Virus record (IMG/VR): IMGVR_UViG_3300021964_000023
Span: 1-64,000 of that record
Length of the DNA: 64,000 nucleotides
Reading direction: 5' to 3' (one strand)
Source: a virus
Both the position numbers and the translations under genes were made by a program. Under the pieces are notes generated by a model, which saw nothing but the letters and a program-made list of their open reading frames with translations, did not search any database and was not told the DNA's origin. Below, piece by piece: positions 19,836-29,997 of the stretch; positions within the stretch are counted from its first letter, which is position 1, and every line of letters starts with the position of its first letter.

Positions 19836-20393
19836 ATGGGAAAAGTCATTGACGACTTCTATGATTCTGATGCTCCTCAATTTAAAGGTAAATCAAAAGA
19901 GAAGCGTCGTCAGATGGCAATTGCTGCCAAGTTGCAGGCAGACGAAGAAAAAGATCATGAAGTGTCTATGGCACAAGCACAACTTGATAAATCTTCAGAG
20001 AATATTAAAAAGTTAAAAAAGAAGTTAGGTAAAAAAGAAAAGAATATTCCTGCTTGGGTTCAAGCAAAGATTACTGACACTGAACACAATACAGATGCAG
20101 CGTCTGGTTATGTAAATAAAGAAGATTGGCAAAAAGTCAATCGTAAGGATAAAACAGATGGTCTGAGTCAGAAGGCAGTTAATGCTTATCGTAAAGAGAA
20201 CCCAGGTTCCAAACTGAAGACTGCTGTTACTAAGAAACCTTCTCAACTTAAGAAGGGATCCAAAGATGCTAAGCGTAGATCTTCATTCTGCTCCAGGATG
20301 AAGGGTATGAAGAAGAGACTGACATCTGCAAAAACTGCAAGAGATCCAGACTCCAGAATCAATAAAGCACTTCGTCGTTGGAATTGCAACTGA
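19836..20393 (+). CDS. Basic modular hypothetical protein; probable C-terminal extension of the 18751 ORF via frameshift
   Basis: Frame open from the slippery site (VEEKLNIKKADMGKVIDDF..); modules SDAPQFKGKSKEKRRQMAIAAK, PAWVQAKIT and RRSSFCSRM..SRINKALRRWNC. Confidence 0.75.
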   Translation: MGKVIDDFYDSDAPQFKGKSKEKRRQMAIAAKLQADEEKDHEVSMAQAQLDKSSENIKKLKKKLGKKEKNIPAWVQAKITDTEHNTDAASGYVNKEDWQKVNRKDKTDGLSQKAVNAYRKENPGSKLKTAVTKKPSQLKKGSKDAKRRSSFCSRMKGMKKRLTSAKTARDPDSRINKALRRWNCN

Positions 20394-20848
20394 TGAAAAC
20401 ATTTAACCAGTTTATCTCAGAAGCAAGTGAGGGTGGTTCTCCATATAGAGAATACAAACCCAAACCTCAACCAAAACCCTCTCAACCTCCAGAGGGATTT
20501 GATGCTTTTAGAAAAAAATACTTGAAGAAAAAAGGTGATGAAAAAATCGAAGAAGGGAACAAAAGTGGTGATTCTTCTTTGCGTGACTGGTTTGGCAAGA
20601 GTCGCTCTTCTGATGGCACCCCTGGTTGGGTTCAATTGGGTGGTAAATACGCAGGAAAACCCTGTGCAAAACAACCAGGACAAAAAACCAAACCAAAGTG
20701 TGGTTCTTCAAAAATGAAGCGCAACCTCTCTAAAAAAGAAGAGGAAAGTGCATTTAGAAGGAAGAATAAAAAAGACAAGAATCCAAATCGTAAAGGTAAA
20801 CCAATTAACGTTGCTACTGAAGTTAAAAAGAAGGGGAAGAAAAAATGA
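20393..20848 (+). CDS. Probable internal head protein with a capsid-targeting-like N-terminus
   Basis: ATG overlaps the previous stop (TGATG). Begins MKTFNQFISEA, similar to the T4 IP targeting sequence MKTYQEFIAE; very Lys-rich. Confidence 0.7.
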   Translation: MKTFNQFISEASEGGSPYREYKPKPQPKPSQPPEGFDAFRKKYLKKKGDEKIEEGNKSGDSSLRDWFGKSRSSDGTPGWVQLGGKYAGKPCAKQPGQKTKPKCGSSKMKRNLSKKEEESAFRRKNKKDKNPNRKGKPINVATEVKKKGKKK

Positions 20849-21273
20849 AATCATTCCAAGAATTTATGGGCGAAGAGTCCAACTTCAAACAACGAGATAA
20901 AGTAATGAAGAAGCATGGTGCTCGTTTGAGGAGTCTTGCTAGACAACTTCATAAAGGAGATACAAAAGGTGATGTTAATGAAAACGTAAACATATCTGGT
21001 AATGTCAATGGTAATATATACGTAAATTCTCAACAAGAACAACCACAAGAAGTTGGTGAGAATTATGTTGCTGACGTAATGTGGAAAGGAAGTCTATATA
21101 GACTTGAGATGGTTACTAAAACAGGTTTACCATCAAAAAGAGAATTGGGTGAGCAACTCCAGCAAGAATATCCAGGAGCTATTGTACATAACATTTATCC
21201 AGTAGAAGAAAAGAATTTTAATATCAAAAATGCAAGGAGATATCACCCATCAAAGTTAGAATGGATTGACTAA
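20845..21273 (+). CDS. Probable internal head protein with a capsid-targeting-like N-terminus
   Basis: Begins MKSFQEFMGEE; ATGA overlap; W(K/R)G...YPG module shared with the 18751 ORF. Confidence 0.7.
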   Translation: MKSFQEFMGEESNFKQRDKVMKKHGARLRSLARQLHKGDTKGDVNENVNISGNVNGNIYVNSQQEQPQEVGENYVADVMWKGSLYRLEMVTKTGLPSKRELGEQLQQEYPGAIVHNIYPVEEKNFNIKNARRYHPSKLEWID

Positions 21274-21275
21274 TT

Positions 21276-22550
21276 ATGGCACAGTGGAATAAGAATACAC
21301 AAGACTTCTTGAATCAAGAGAGAAGTCTCTTTGAGGTTTATAATATCGCAGATCACTGGGGAAACCAAACGGACTGGAGACCTCAGTTTTCTGACAATAA
21401 CAGACTAAAGGTTGCTCCCTTCCAAACAGTTTTCTTCAATACTTTCCAGTATGGTAAGGAGACTGATGTTTGGGATGAGAGTCTAGTTGGTGTTGCAACT
21501 GCTACTCATAATGCCTCTTCCAGTAATGTGATTATGGAAGTTGGTTCCACTGCTGGTAGTAAGGTTGTCAGACAGACTAAACAGGTAATGAGATACATTC
21601 CTGGTAGACCAGCAACTCTTGCATTTGCAGTTCGTCTAGAAACACCACAAGTCGGTATTCGCAGAAGATTCGGATTGTTTAATGAGACTGATGGTGCTTT
21701 CTTTGAGGATGATGGAGGCACATATTCTTATGTAATTCGCAGTAGTGCAACTGGTATCACCACAGAAACAAGAGTAACCAGAGAAAACTGGAATGGTGAA
21801 AAGTTTGATGGTAACGGATACACTGGTGTAACTGCAGATCCAACCAAACAACAGATGATTTCCATTAACTATGAATGGTATGGTGCAGGTAGTGTAACAT
21901 TTAATTGGTTAATGAAAAATGAGACTATTATTAGTCATGAATTTCAAAACTCAAATGTCAATGATTTAGTTTGGTGTAGAAGTCCATTCCTTCCAATTCG
22001 TATGGAGATTGAGAATGTAACTGGTGTTGCTGGAACTCATTATCTTTATCAGGGTTCTAACTCTCTGATCCAAGAAGGTGAACCAGAAAAACTTGGTACT
22101 TTGTTGAGTGTCTCAAATTCCATCACTGGAACAACGATGCCTCTCGCAAACACTTTCTATCCAATCATCAGTTTGCGTCTTAAGTCATCTGCACTTCAGG
22201 CAGTTATGTTACTGAGATCTCTACAGGCAGTAACGAACGATAACACGAATGTGTATTGGAGACTTTACGAGAACTCAACTTTGACTGGTGCGAGTTGGGT
22301 AGATCATCCAGATCCAAACTCCTTTATGCAATATGATACTACAGCAACTGCACTCACTGGAGGAACAACACTCCTCTCAGGATTTACGATTGCTGGTGGT
22401 GCCTCTCTGGTTAATATTGATGATAAAGCAGCACTACAAATTGGAAGATCTGGTATTGGTACAATCAGTGATACTTATACTCTTGCTTGTGCAGCTCCTA
22501 ATGTCAACAAAGCAGCACTTGCTGTTTTAAACTGGATCGAACAAAGGTAA
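21276..22550 (+). CDS. Hypothetical (probably structural) protein
   Basis: 424-aa ORF in the late cluster, beta-rich (MRYIPGR, YEWYGAG motifs). Confidence 0.7.
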   Translation: MAQWNKNTQDFLNQERSLFEVYNIADHWGNQTDWRPQFSDNNRLKVAPFQTVFFNTFQYGKETDVWDESLVGVATATHNASSSNVIMEVGSTAGSKVVRQTKQVMRYIPGRPATLAFAVRLETPQVGIRRRFGLFNETDGAFFEDDGGTYSYVIRSSATGITTETRVTRENWNGEKFDGNGYTGVTADPTKQQMISINYEWYGAGSVTFNWLMKNETIISHEFQNSNVNDLVWCRSPFLPIRMEIENVTGVAGTHYLYQGSNSLIQEGEPEKLGTLLSVSNSITGTTMPLANTFYPIISLRLKSSALQAVMLLRSLQAVTNDNTNVYWRLYENSTLTGASWVDHPDPNSFMQYDTTATALTGGTTLLSGFTIAGGASLVNIDDKAALQIGRSGIGTISDTYTLACAAPNVNKAALAVLNWIEQR

Positions 22551-22556
22551 TAAATA
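22550..22556 (+). promoter_or_regulatory. Late promoter (ATAAATA)
   Basis: Intergenic box before ORF 22575 and gp17. Confidence 0.65.
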
Positions 22557-22574
22557 GAAAAAAGATTTTGTAAA

Positions 22575-22844
22575 ATGTCCATCAAAATAAAAACTGGTAT
22601 TACTACAGTTGGAACTGCTGGAACTGACTTTGATGGTCAGACAGAAATTACCTTTTTCCAAGTCAGTGCATCTGGATTAACCTCAACTACTGTTATTAGA
22701 ACTGATTCTTTAGGAACTGAAATTGGTAGATATTATATCAATGCAGTATCCGAATCAAAAGAAGTGACTCTTAGAAAAGAACCAACGGATTTATTTAAAA
22801 CTGCATCTGGAACAATCGAAGGTGTAGGTATCGCAATTTATTGA
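22575..22844 (+). CDS. Small hypothetical (structural-like) protein
   Basis: 89-aa Thr/Gly-rich ORF after a late promoter. Confidence 0.65.
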   Translation: MSIKIKTGITTVGTAGTDFDGQTEITFFQVSASGLTSTTVIRTDSLGTEIGRYYINAVSESKEVTLRKEPTDLFKTASGTIEGVGIAIY

Positions 22845-22851
22845 GTAATTC

Positions 22852-24498
22852 ATGGCTGTTGATCATTATCTTGGTAATCCGCTTCTAAAAAAAGCAAATA
22901 CAACTCAAGAATTTACAGAAGAACAAGTTCTTGAGTTTGCAAAGTGTATTGATGATCCAGTCTACTTTGCAATGAACTATATCCAGATTGTTACTCTGGA
23001 CTATGGTTTGCAGAATTTTAGACCATACGAATTCCAAAAGGTTATGTTGGATAGATTCCACCATAACCGATTTAACATATGCAAACTACCGCGACAGTCT
23101 GGTAAGTCAACTATTGTTGTGTCTTACCTTCTGCACTATGCAATCTTCAACGACAACGTAAATATTGCAATCCTTGCTAACAAGGCGTCTACTGCTAAAG
23201 ACCTGTTAGATAGATTGCAAACTGCATATGAAAATTTACCTCGCTGGTTACAGCAGGGTGTTTTGACCTGGAACAAAGCATCTCTTGAATTAGAGAATGG
23301 GTCAAAGATTATTGCTGCGTCTACATCTGCGTCTGCAGTTCGTGGTGGATCTTACAACATCATCTTCCTGGACGAATTTGCGTTCGTTGCAAACCATATT
23401 GCTGATCAGTTCTTCAGTTCAGTATATCCTACAATTTCATCTGGTAAAAATACCAAAGTTATTATCGTGAGCACGCCTCACGGTATGAATCACTTCTATA
23501 AGTTATGGCATGATGCTGAGCGCCAAAAAAATGAATATATTCCAACTGAAGTTCACTGGAGTGATGTACCTGGAAGGGATGATGAATGGAAACGCCAAAC
23601 AATTGCAAACACTTCTGAACAGCAGTTCAAAGTTGAGTTTGAATGCGAATTCCTTGGATCCGTTGATACACTGATTGCTCCAAGCAAACTAAGAACGATG
23701 GTTTATGAACAACCATCAATCACACATCAGGGTTTGGATGTATTCACTGATGTACAACCTAATCATAATTATGTAATTACAGTTGACGTTGCAAGGGGAG
23801 TTGGAGGAGACTATTCCGCTTTTACTGTTATTGATATAACAACATTCCCACACCAATTGGTATGTAAATATAGGAACAATGAAATCAAACCAATGCTGTT
23901 CCCCAGCATCATTAAAGAGGTAGCAGATAATTATAATAAAGCATATGTATTATGTGAAGTCAATGATGTTGGTGATCAGGTTGCTGCAATTCTAAACTTT
24001 GACTTGGAATACGAGAATGTTCTGATGTGTTCTATGAGAGGCAGAGCAGGACAGATTGTTGGTCAAGGATTCTCTGGTAAGAAGACACAACTTGGTGTCA
24101 AGATGTCTAAGACTGTCAAGAAGGTTGGATGCTTGAACCTTAAGACTTTGATTGAAGAAGATAAGTTAATCTTTAAGGACTATGATGTTATTGCAGAACT
24201 TACTACATTCATTCAAAAGCATAATTCATTTGAGGCGGAAGACGGATGTAATGATGACTTGGCAATGTGTCTGGTTATCTATGCCTGGTTAGTTCAACAA
24301 GATTACTTTAAAGAATTAACTGATCAGGATGTTCGTAAACGATTATATGAAGAGCAGAAAAACCAAATAGAGCAAGACATGGCACCATTTGGTTTTATTG
24401 AAGATGGTTTAGATCAAACTTCATTTGTAGATGCCGATGGAGATCGTTGGCATACTGATGAGTATGGTGATATGTCTTACATGTGGGATTATAGATAA
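22852..24498 (+). CDS. gp17: Terminase large subunit gp17
   Basis: Walker A PRQSGKST, Walker B IIFLDEFAF, nuclease DVARG..DYS and DDLAM. Confidence 0.97.
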   Translation: MAVDHYLGNPLLKKANTTQEFTEEQVLEFAKCIDDPVYFAMNYIQIVTLDYGLQNFRPYEFQKVMLDRFHHNRFNICKLPRQSGKSTIVVSYLLHYAIFNDNVNIAILANKASTAKDLLDRLQTAYENLPRWLQQGVLTWNKASLELENGSKIIAASTSASAVRGGSYNIIFLDEFAFVANHIADQFFSSVYPTISSGKNTKVIIVSTPHGMNHFYKLWHDAERQKNEYIPTEVHWSDVPGRDDEWKRQTIANTSEQQFKVEFECEFLGSVDTLIAPSKLRTMVYEQPSITHQGLDVFTDVQPNHNYVITVDVARGVGGDYSAFTVIDITTFPHQLVCKYRNNEIKPMLFPSIIKEVADNYNKAYVLCEVNDVGDQVAAILNFDLEYENVLMCSMRGRAGQIVGQGFSGKKTQLGVKMSKTVKKVGCLNLKTLIEEDKLIFKDYDVIAELTTFIQKHNSFEAEDGCNDDLAMCLVIYAWLVQQDYFKELTDQDVRKRLYEEQKNQIEQDMAPFGFIEDGLDQTSFVDADGDRWHTDEYGDMSYMWDYR

Positions 24499-24728
24499 TG
24501 GATTTAGATGATCAGGTAAAATTTGGTCATCTACTTCTTCATGATAGGAAGTGTAGAACCTGTGGTGAAAGAAAAAATCTTATAGAAGGATTTTATAGAA
24601 CTAGAAAAGATAGAGGAGTAATACCATCATCATTCTCATATGAATGTAAAGACTGTACAAAAAAGAGAGTTGTTATAAGTAAGATGACAAATAGCATATT
24701 TGATCGATGGGAATACCCAGATTGGTAG
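24498..24728 (+). CDS. Small Zn-finger-like hypothetical protein
   Basis: CRTC...CKDC; coupled to the gp17 stop (TAATG). Confidence 0.7.
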   Translation: MDLDDQVKFGHLLLHDRKCRTCGERKNLIEGFYRTRKDRGVIPSSFSYECKDCTKKRVVISKMTNSIFDRWEYPDW

Positions 24729-24764
24729 TTCACGCTGAAATTCCCCGCGTAAATGCCCCTTTTC

Positions 24765-24771
24765 CTAAATA
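24765..24771 (+). promoter_or_regulatory. Late promoter (CTAAATA)
   Basis: Variant late box upstream of gp18. Confidence 0.6.
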
Positions 24772-24809
24772 TTTCCAGATAAACTGAGACTTACAAGGAG
24801 ACAGAATCC

Positions 24810-27614
24810 ATGGCGACTCCTCAATTATCTCCTGGTGTATTAACTAGAGAGGTTGACTTAACCGTAGGAAGAGCTGAGAACGTTCTTGATAATATTGGAG
24901 CAATCGCAGGACCATTTGAGCGTGGACCTGTCAACGAACCAATTACTGTTGCTACCGAGCAAGAGTTCATCAACAACTTCGGCAAACCAAAGACAGAGGA
25001 CAATCAGTATGAATACTGGATGTCTGCTTCTTCGTATCTGCAATACGGTGGCATCCTCAAAGTAGTTCGTACCGATGGATCACTGATTTCTAACGCTAAC
25101 ATTGGCATTGGAACATCTTCTGTTGCAGGAACCAAAATCAAGAACTTTGATGACTACAATAGCAACTATGCTACTGCAGCGTCTAACTTCTACTACGCAG
25201 CAAAAAATCCAGGATCTTGGTCCAACAATCTTAAGGTTTGTGTCATTGACGACTTAGGTGATCAAATCCTCGGTATTGGGACAACTTCTGGTGCTTCTGT
25301 TGGTGCTCAAGTTGGTTACGGTGTAACTGTTGATATTACTGGACAGGTTATTCCTGGTCTTGGAACAACTGAGGCATTCCAAGGATTCTTGAAGGGAATC
25401 ATTACTCAAGTTGTTGATACTCCAGAAATTGGTTTAACTGCTGTTACAGTCAAAATTCACTCCAGAGTTTCTACTGGTGGTACACAACCAGGAAGACATT
25501 ATAGAGTTAATTACGCTGAAGGTAGTGCATACTCTTCTTTCCTTAAAGGTCAAAGAATTAGCTTCATTGACAATGGTGGCATAGTTGCCTCTCCAGTTGA
25601 CTCTATCTCTAGTGTAGGAATCACTACATCCACGCCAATTAATGGAGAGCAAGGTTCATCTTATACTGGCGTAGCAGGAACTTCATCTGGTTCTGGTAGC
25701 CAAGCAACATTTACTATTACTAGAAATAATACTGATGGAAATGTTGATGCCTCTGGTATCGTAATTACCAATCCTGGTTTAGGATACACTGTCGGTGAGA
25801 CTGTATCTATTGGCGGTTCTTCTGTTGGTGGTTTTGATCTTTCTCAGGGTGCAGTCAAGACTATTGGTCTTACAACTTCTAGTACTGTTCCAGCAGCATC
25901 TAACGGTGTATATCTGAGTGTTGCAGGCGTAAGTACAGTTGGTTCTGGAATCTCCTTCAATGTTTATAGAGATGGATCTGGCGGCATTGGTACTGTAACA
26001 GCAACAAATGCTGGTCTTGCATATCCAAACGGAGGTACAGTTACTATTCCAGGTAACGTTATTGGTGGTGTCACTCCAGGTGATGATGCTACTATGACGA
26101 TTTCTGCTCTTAGAGATGACAAGATTATTCTTGAAATTACTGAGGCAGACTCTAGAGTTGAGATTGTTGGTGTTGATGACTGGTACAATTCTCAAACATT
26201 AGGTTTAGATAATGCTCAAGTTTACTGGAGCACACTTGCACCAAAACCAGGAACCTCTGCATATTCCGCTGAGCGTAATGCTGAGAATGATGAGATGCAC
26301 CTTGTTGTAGTTGACGATGATGGTTCTGTCACTGGTGTTAGAGGTAATGTTCTTGAGAAGCATGTTGGTCTGTCTAAGGCAAAAGATGCAGTATCTCAAG
26401 TCAATTCTCCTCAAAAAATCTGGTATAAGAACTATCTGGCAAACTTCTCACAGTATCTTTATGCTGGAGGAAATCAAGGTAGTCAAAACGACACCTTCCA
26501 CAATACCTTCCCAACAGTTACTACCTTTGTCGAGTCTGGTGTAGTAAGCATCTATCCTGGATCTGATCCAGAGACAAACTATGGTGTTGCATCTGCTATT
26601 GCAGATCAAAATTGGGATCAAAATGCACAAGGAAGAAAGTTCAGTTCTATTGGTGCAGTAGCTTACACTCTTGAAGGTGGTACTAACTACACTTCTCAAG
26701 GAAATCTTAAAGCATCTCTTGGAGATATTGTTACTGCATACGAATTGTTCAATAATAAAGAAGATGTTGCGGTTGACTATTTAATCATGGGTCCTGGTTG
26801 TGATTCTCTGAACGATTCACAAGCAAAGGCAAATAGACTTATCTCTATCGCAGATGGAAGAAAAGATTGTGTTGCAGTGATCTCTCCCCATAGAGCATCT
26901 ATTGTAGATCTTACAAACACTGCGGTACAGACCAATAATCTTCTTGAGTTCTTCGGACCACTTGCTTCCTCTTCTTATGCAGTCTTTGATAGTGGTTATA
27001 AGTACACTTATGATAGATTTAACAATCTCTTCCGTTACATCCCATGTAACGCAGATATTGCTGGTCTGATGTGTCGTACAAACATCATTGCATACCCCTG
27101 GTTCTCCCCAGCGGGTCAACAAAGAGGTGTTATCAAGAATGCAATTAAACTTGCATACAATCCCGATAAGGGACAAAGAGATGCACTATACTCTGCAAGA
27201 ATTAACTCTGTAGTTAATCAGTCTGGTGCAGGAGTACTTCTCTTTGGTGATAAAACCGCTCTCGCATATGCGTCTGCGTTCGATAGAATCAATGTTCGCC
27301 GTCTGTTCCTCACAGTTGAGCAATCTCTGCAGAGAGCAGCGGAAGCACAACTCTTTGAGTTCAACGATCAAATTACAAGATCTAACTTTGTAAATATTGT
27401 TGAACCATATCTCCGCGATGTCCAAGCGAAGCGCGGAATCTATGATTATCTCGTTATTTGTGATGAGACCAATAACACACCCGATGTTATTGATAACAAT
27501 GAATTCAGAGCAGACATCTTCCTGAAGCCTGCTAAGTCGATTAACTACGTCACACTGACGTTTGTTGCTACCAGAACTGGCGTCTCCTTTGAAGAAGTCG
27601 CTGGTAGAGTCTGA
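24810..27614 (+). CDS. gp18: Tail sheath protein gp18 (enlarged, 934 aa)
   Basis: LSPGVLTREVDLT, WFSPAG..RG, FDRINVRRLF, KPAKSINYVTLTFVATRTG. Confidence 0.97.
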   Translation: MATPQLSPGVLTREVDLTVGRAENVLDNIGAIAGPFERGPVNEPITVATEQEFINNFGKPKTEDNQYEYWMSASSYLQYGGILKVVRTDGSLISNANIGIGTSSVAGTKIKNFDDYNSNYATAASNFYYAAKNPGSWSNNLKVCVIDDLGDQILGIGTTSGASVGAQVGYGVTVDITGQVIPGLGTTEAFQGFLKGIITQVVDTPEIGLTAVTVKIHSRVSTGGTQPGRHYRVNYAEGSAYSSFLKGQRISFIDNGGIVASPVDSISSVGITTSTPINGEQGSSYTGVAGTSSGSGSQATFTITRNNTDGNVDASGIVITNPGLGYTVGETVSIGGSSVGGFDLSQGAVKTIGLTTSSTVPAASNGVYLSVAGVSTVGSGISFNVYRDGSGGIGTVTATNAGLAYPNGGTVTIPGNVIGGVTPGDDATMTISALRDDKIILEITEADSRVEIVGVDDWYNSQTLGLDNAQVYWSTLAPKPGTSAYSAERNAENDEMHLVVVDDDGSVTGVRGNVLEKHVGLSKAKDAVSQVNSPQKIWYKNYLANFSQYLYAGGNQGSQNDTFHNTFPTVTTFVESGVVSIYPGSDPETNYGVASAIADQNWDQNAQGRKFSSIGAVAYTLEGGTNYTSQGNLKASLGDIVTAYELFNNKEDVAVDYLIMGPGCDSLNDSQAKANRLISIADGRKDCVAVISPHRASIVDLTNTAVQTNNLLEFFGPLASSSYAVFDSGYKYTYDRFNNLFRYIPCNADIAGLMCRTNIIAYPWFSPAGQQRGVIKNAIKLAYNPDKGQRDALYSARINSVVNQSGAGVLLFGDKTALAYASAFDRINVRRLFLTVEQSLQRAAEAQLFEFNDQITRSNFVNIVEPYLRDVQAKRGIYDYLVICDETNNTPDVIDNNEFRADIFLKPAKSINYVTLTFVATRTGVSFEEVAGRV

Positions 27615-27651
27615 TCTATTTGATAATATAAACAACGGAGGAACCTAACAA

Positions 27652-28272
27652 ATGGCACGAGACATCAGAACTATCAGCGCCTTTAAATCCAAATTAGCAG
27701 GTGGCGCTGCTAGACCCAACCTATTTGAGGTTGAGATTCCAAGCTTCCCCGCCTTCGTGGCGGGAAGTTGGGATAATGAAACTAGAGAGAAGTTTAGCTT
27801 CATGGCAAAAGCAGCAGCATTACCTGCTTCTAATGTTGCTCAAATCGAAATCCCATTTAGAGGAAGAGTTCTGAAGGTTGCGGGAGACCGCACTTTCGAT
27901 GTGTGGACTGTAACAATCATCAATGATGAGGACTTCAGAATCCGTACAGCAATGGAACTTTGGATGAACATGCTGAGCAAGTTAGATAACGCAACTGGCG
28001 CTACTAACCCTAGCTCTTACATGGTTGATGCATTTGTTCATCAACTTGGTAGAGGTATTAGCAAAGAATCCACTGGTCATGGTGGGGAGGCAACTCAATA
28101 TGAGGCTCCTCTGAGATCCTACAAGTTCTATGATATCTTCCCAACTAATGTTGGTCAAATTGATCTGTCCTATGAATCGACTGATACTCCAGAAGAGTTT
28201 ACGGTTGATTTCCAAGTACAATACTGGACAGCGGGCGAGACTGGAGATCAAACGTCAACAGTAATCTCCTGA
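27652..28272 (+). CDS. gp19: Tail tube protein gp19
   Basis: GGAARPNLFEV, PFRGRVLKVAGDRTF..WTVTIINDEDF. Confidence 0.96.
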   Translation: MARDIRTISAFKSKLAGGAARPNLFEVEIPSFPAFVAGSWDNETREKFSFMAKAAALPASNVAQIEIPFRGRVLKVAGDRTFDVWTVTIINDEDFRIRTAMELWMNMLSKLDNATGATNPSSYMVDAFVHQLGRGISKESTGHGGEATQYEAPLRSYKFYDIFPTNVGQIDLSYESTDTPEEFTVDFQVQYWTAGETGDQTSTVIS

Positions 28273-28298
28273 TATAAGTTAGTGCTATTTGTTGTATA

Positions 28299-28305
28299 AT
28301 AAATA
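28299..28305 (+). promoter_or_regulatory. Late promoter (ATAAATA)
   Basis: Intergenic box upstream of gp20. Confidence 0.7.
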
Positions 28306-28333
28306 GTACTAACAGTTTTACGCCCAAGTTATA

Positions 28334-29995
28334 ATGGCGAAGTTATTTGGTTTTTCCATCGAAGATGGTGATAATAAGCCGAAAGGTGCAGTCTCCCCCG
28401 TTCCTCAAAATAATGAGGACGGGGTAGATCATTATCTGACGAGTGGATTTTTTGGTTCTTATGTTGACATTGAGGGCGTCTATAGATCTGAATATGATTT
28501 AATTAAACGTTATAGAGAGATGGCACTGCATCCAGAGGTGGATGGTGCAATTGAAGATATTGTTAACGAAGCAATTGTAAGCGATACTAATGATAGTCCT
28601 GTTCAGATTGAATTATCTAATTTGAACGCAAGCGATGGTCTTAAGAAAAAAATCAGAGAAGAATTCAAATATCTCCTTGAATTGCTTGACTTTGATAAAA
28701 AAGCACATGAGATCTACAGAAACTGGTATGTAGATGGTAGACTTTATTATCATAAAGTAATTGACCTCAAAAATCCTAGTGATGGTATCCAGGAACTAAG
28801 ATATATTGACGCATTAAAAATGCGTTTTATTCGTCAAGCAGGTAAACAAAAGAAAGAAGATATTAGATATCAACCAAACGCTGAGAAAGATCCTAAAGAT
28901 GCAGGATTCCCAGACATTCAAGAATACTTTATTTACAACCAATCTACTAGTCAGATTGGTTCTATTGCAAATAGAGGATCTAATCAAGCATCTCAGGGGA
29001 TCAAGTTTGCAAAAGATTCTATCACATACTGCACTTCTGGTCTTGTAGATCGTAATAAAAATCTTACTCTGTCATATCTCCATAAGGCAATTAAAGGTCT
29101 TAATCAACTTCGTATGATTGAAGATTCTTTAGTTATCTATCGTCTGAGTAGAGCACCCGAGCGTCGTATCTTCTATATTGATGTTGGCAATCTACCTAAG
29201 ATGAAGGCAGAACAATACCTTCGTGATGTGATGATGAGATATCGTAACAAACTTGTATACGATGCTCAAACTGGGGAGATTCGAGATGACAAAAAGTATA
29301 TGTCTATGTTGGAAGACTTCTGGCTTCCTAGACGTGAAGGTGGTCGTGGGACCGAAATCTCAACTCTTCCTGGAGGTCAAAACCTTGGAGAATTGTCTGA
29401 TATCAAGTACTTCCAAGAAAAACTCTATCGTTCATTGAATGTCCCAACATCCAGAATTGGGGGTCAAGAAGGATTCAACCTTGGTCGTTCGTCAGAAATT
29501 CTTAGAGATGAATTGAAGTTCACTAAGTTTGTTGGGCGACTGAGAAAGAGATTCTCTGCCATGTTTAATGATCTCCTCAAAACTCAGTTGATTCTCAAAA
29601 ATATTGTATCTCCAGAAGATTGGAATACAATGTCTGAGCACATTCAATATGATTTCCTTTATGATAATCACTTCTCTGAACTCAAAGATGCAGAGTTGAT
29701 GACCGAGAGACTTAATATCGCTGCAACTGCAGAACCTTATATTGGTAAGTATTACTCTCAAGATTATGTTCGTCGTAAGATTCTTCGTCAGACTGATGAG
29801 GAAATTATCGAACAAGATAAATTAATCAAACAAGAAATTGCCGCAGGAATTATTCCTGATCCTAATGCACCAGTCGATCCTGCAACTGGAGAACCAATTC
29901 CTGCTGGTGGTGAGGATTTAGGAGAACCAATTCAAGAACCGAATCTTGATGGGGCAAAAGATGGAGGAAGTACGGAAGCACCTGAAATAGTCTGA
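28334..29995 (+). CDS. gp20: Portal vertex protein gp20
   Basis: YRLSRAPERRIFYIDVGNLPK.KAEQY, EDFWLPRREGGRGTEI. Confidence 0.98.
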   Translation: MAKLFGFSIEDGDNKPKGAVSPVPQNNEDGVDHYLTSGFFGSYVDIEGVYRSEYDLIKRYREMALHPEVDGAIEDIVNEAIVSDTNDSPVQIELSNLNASDGLKKKIREEFKYLLELLDFDKKAHEIYRNWYVDGRLYYHKVIDLKNPSDGIQELRYIDALKMRFIRQAGKQKKEDIRYQPNAEKDPKDAGFPDIQEYFIYNQSTSQIGSIANRGSNQASQGIKFAKDSITYCTSGLVDRNKNLTLSYLHKAIKGLNQLRMIEDSLVIYRLSRAPERRIFYIDVGNLPKMKAEQYLRDVMMRYRNKLVYDAQTGEIRDDKKYMSMLEDFWLPRREGGRGTEISTLPGGQNLGELSDIKYFQEKLYRSLNVPTSRIGGQEGFNLGRSSEILRDELKFTKFVGRLRKRFSAMFNDLLKTQLILKNIVSPEDWNTMSEHIQYDFLYDNHFSELKDAELMTERLNIAATAEPYIGKYYSQDYVRRKILRQTDEEIIEQDKLIKQEIAAGIIPDPNAPVDPATGEPIPAGGEDLGEPIQEPNLDGAKDGGSTEAPEIV

Positions 29996-29997
29996 TT

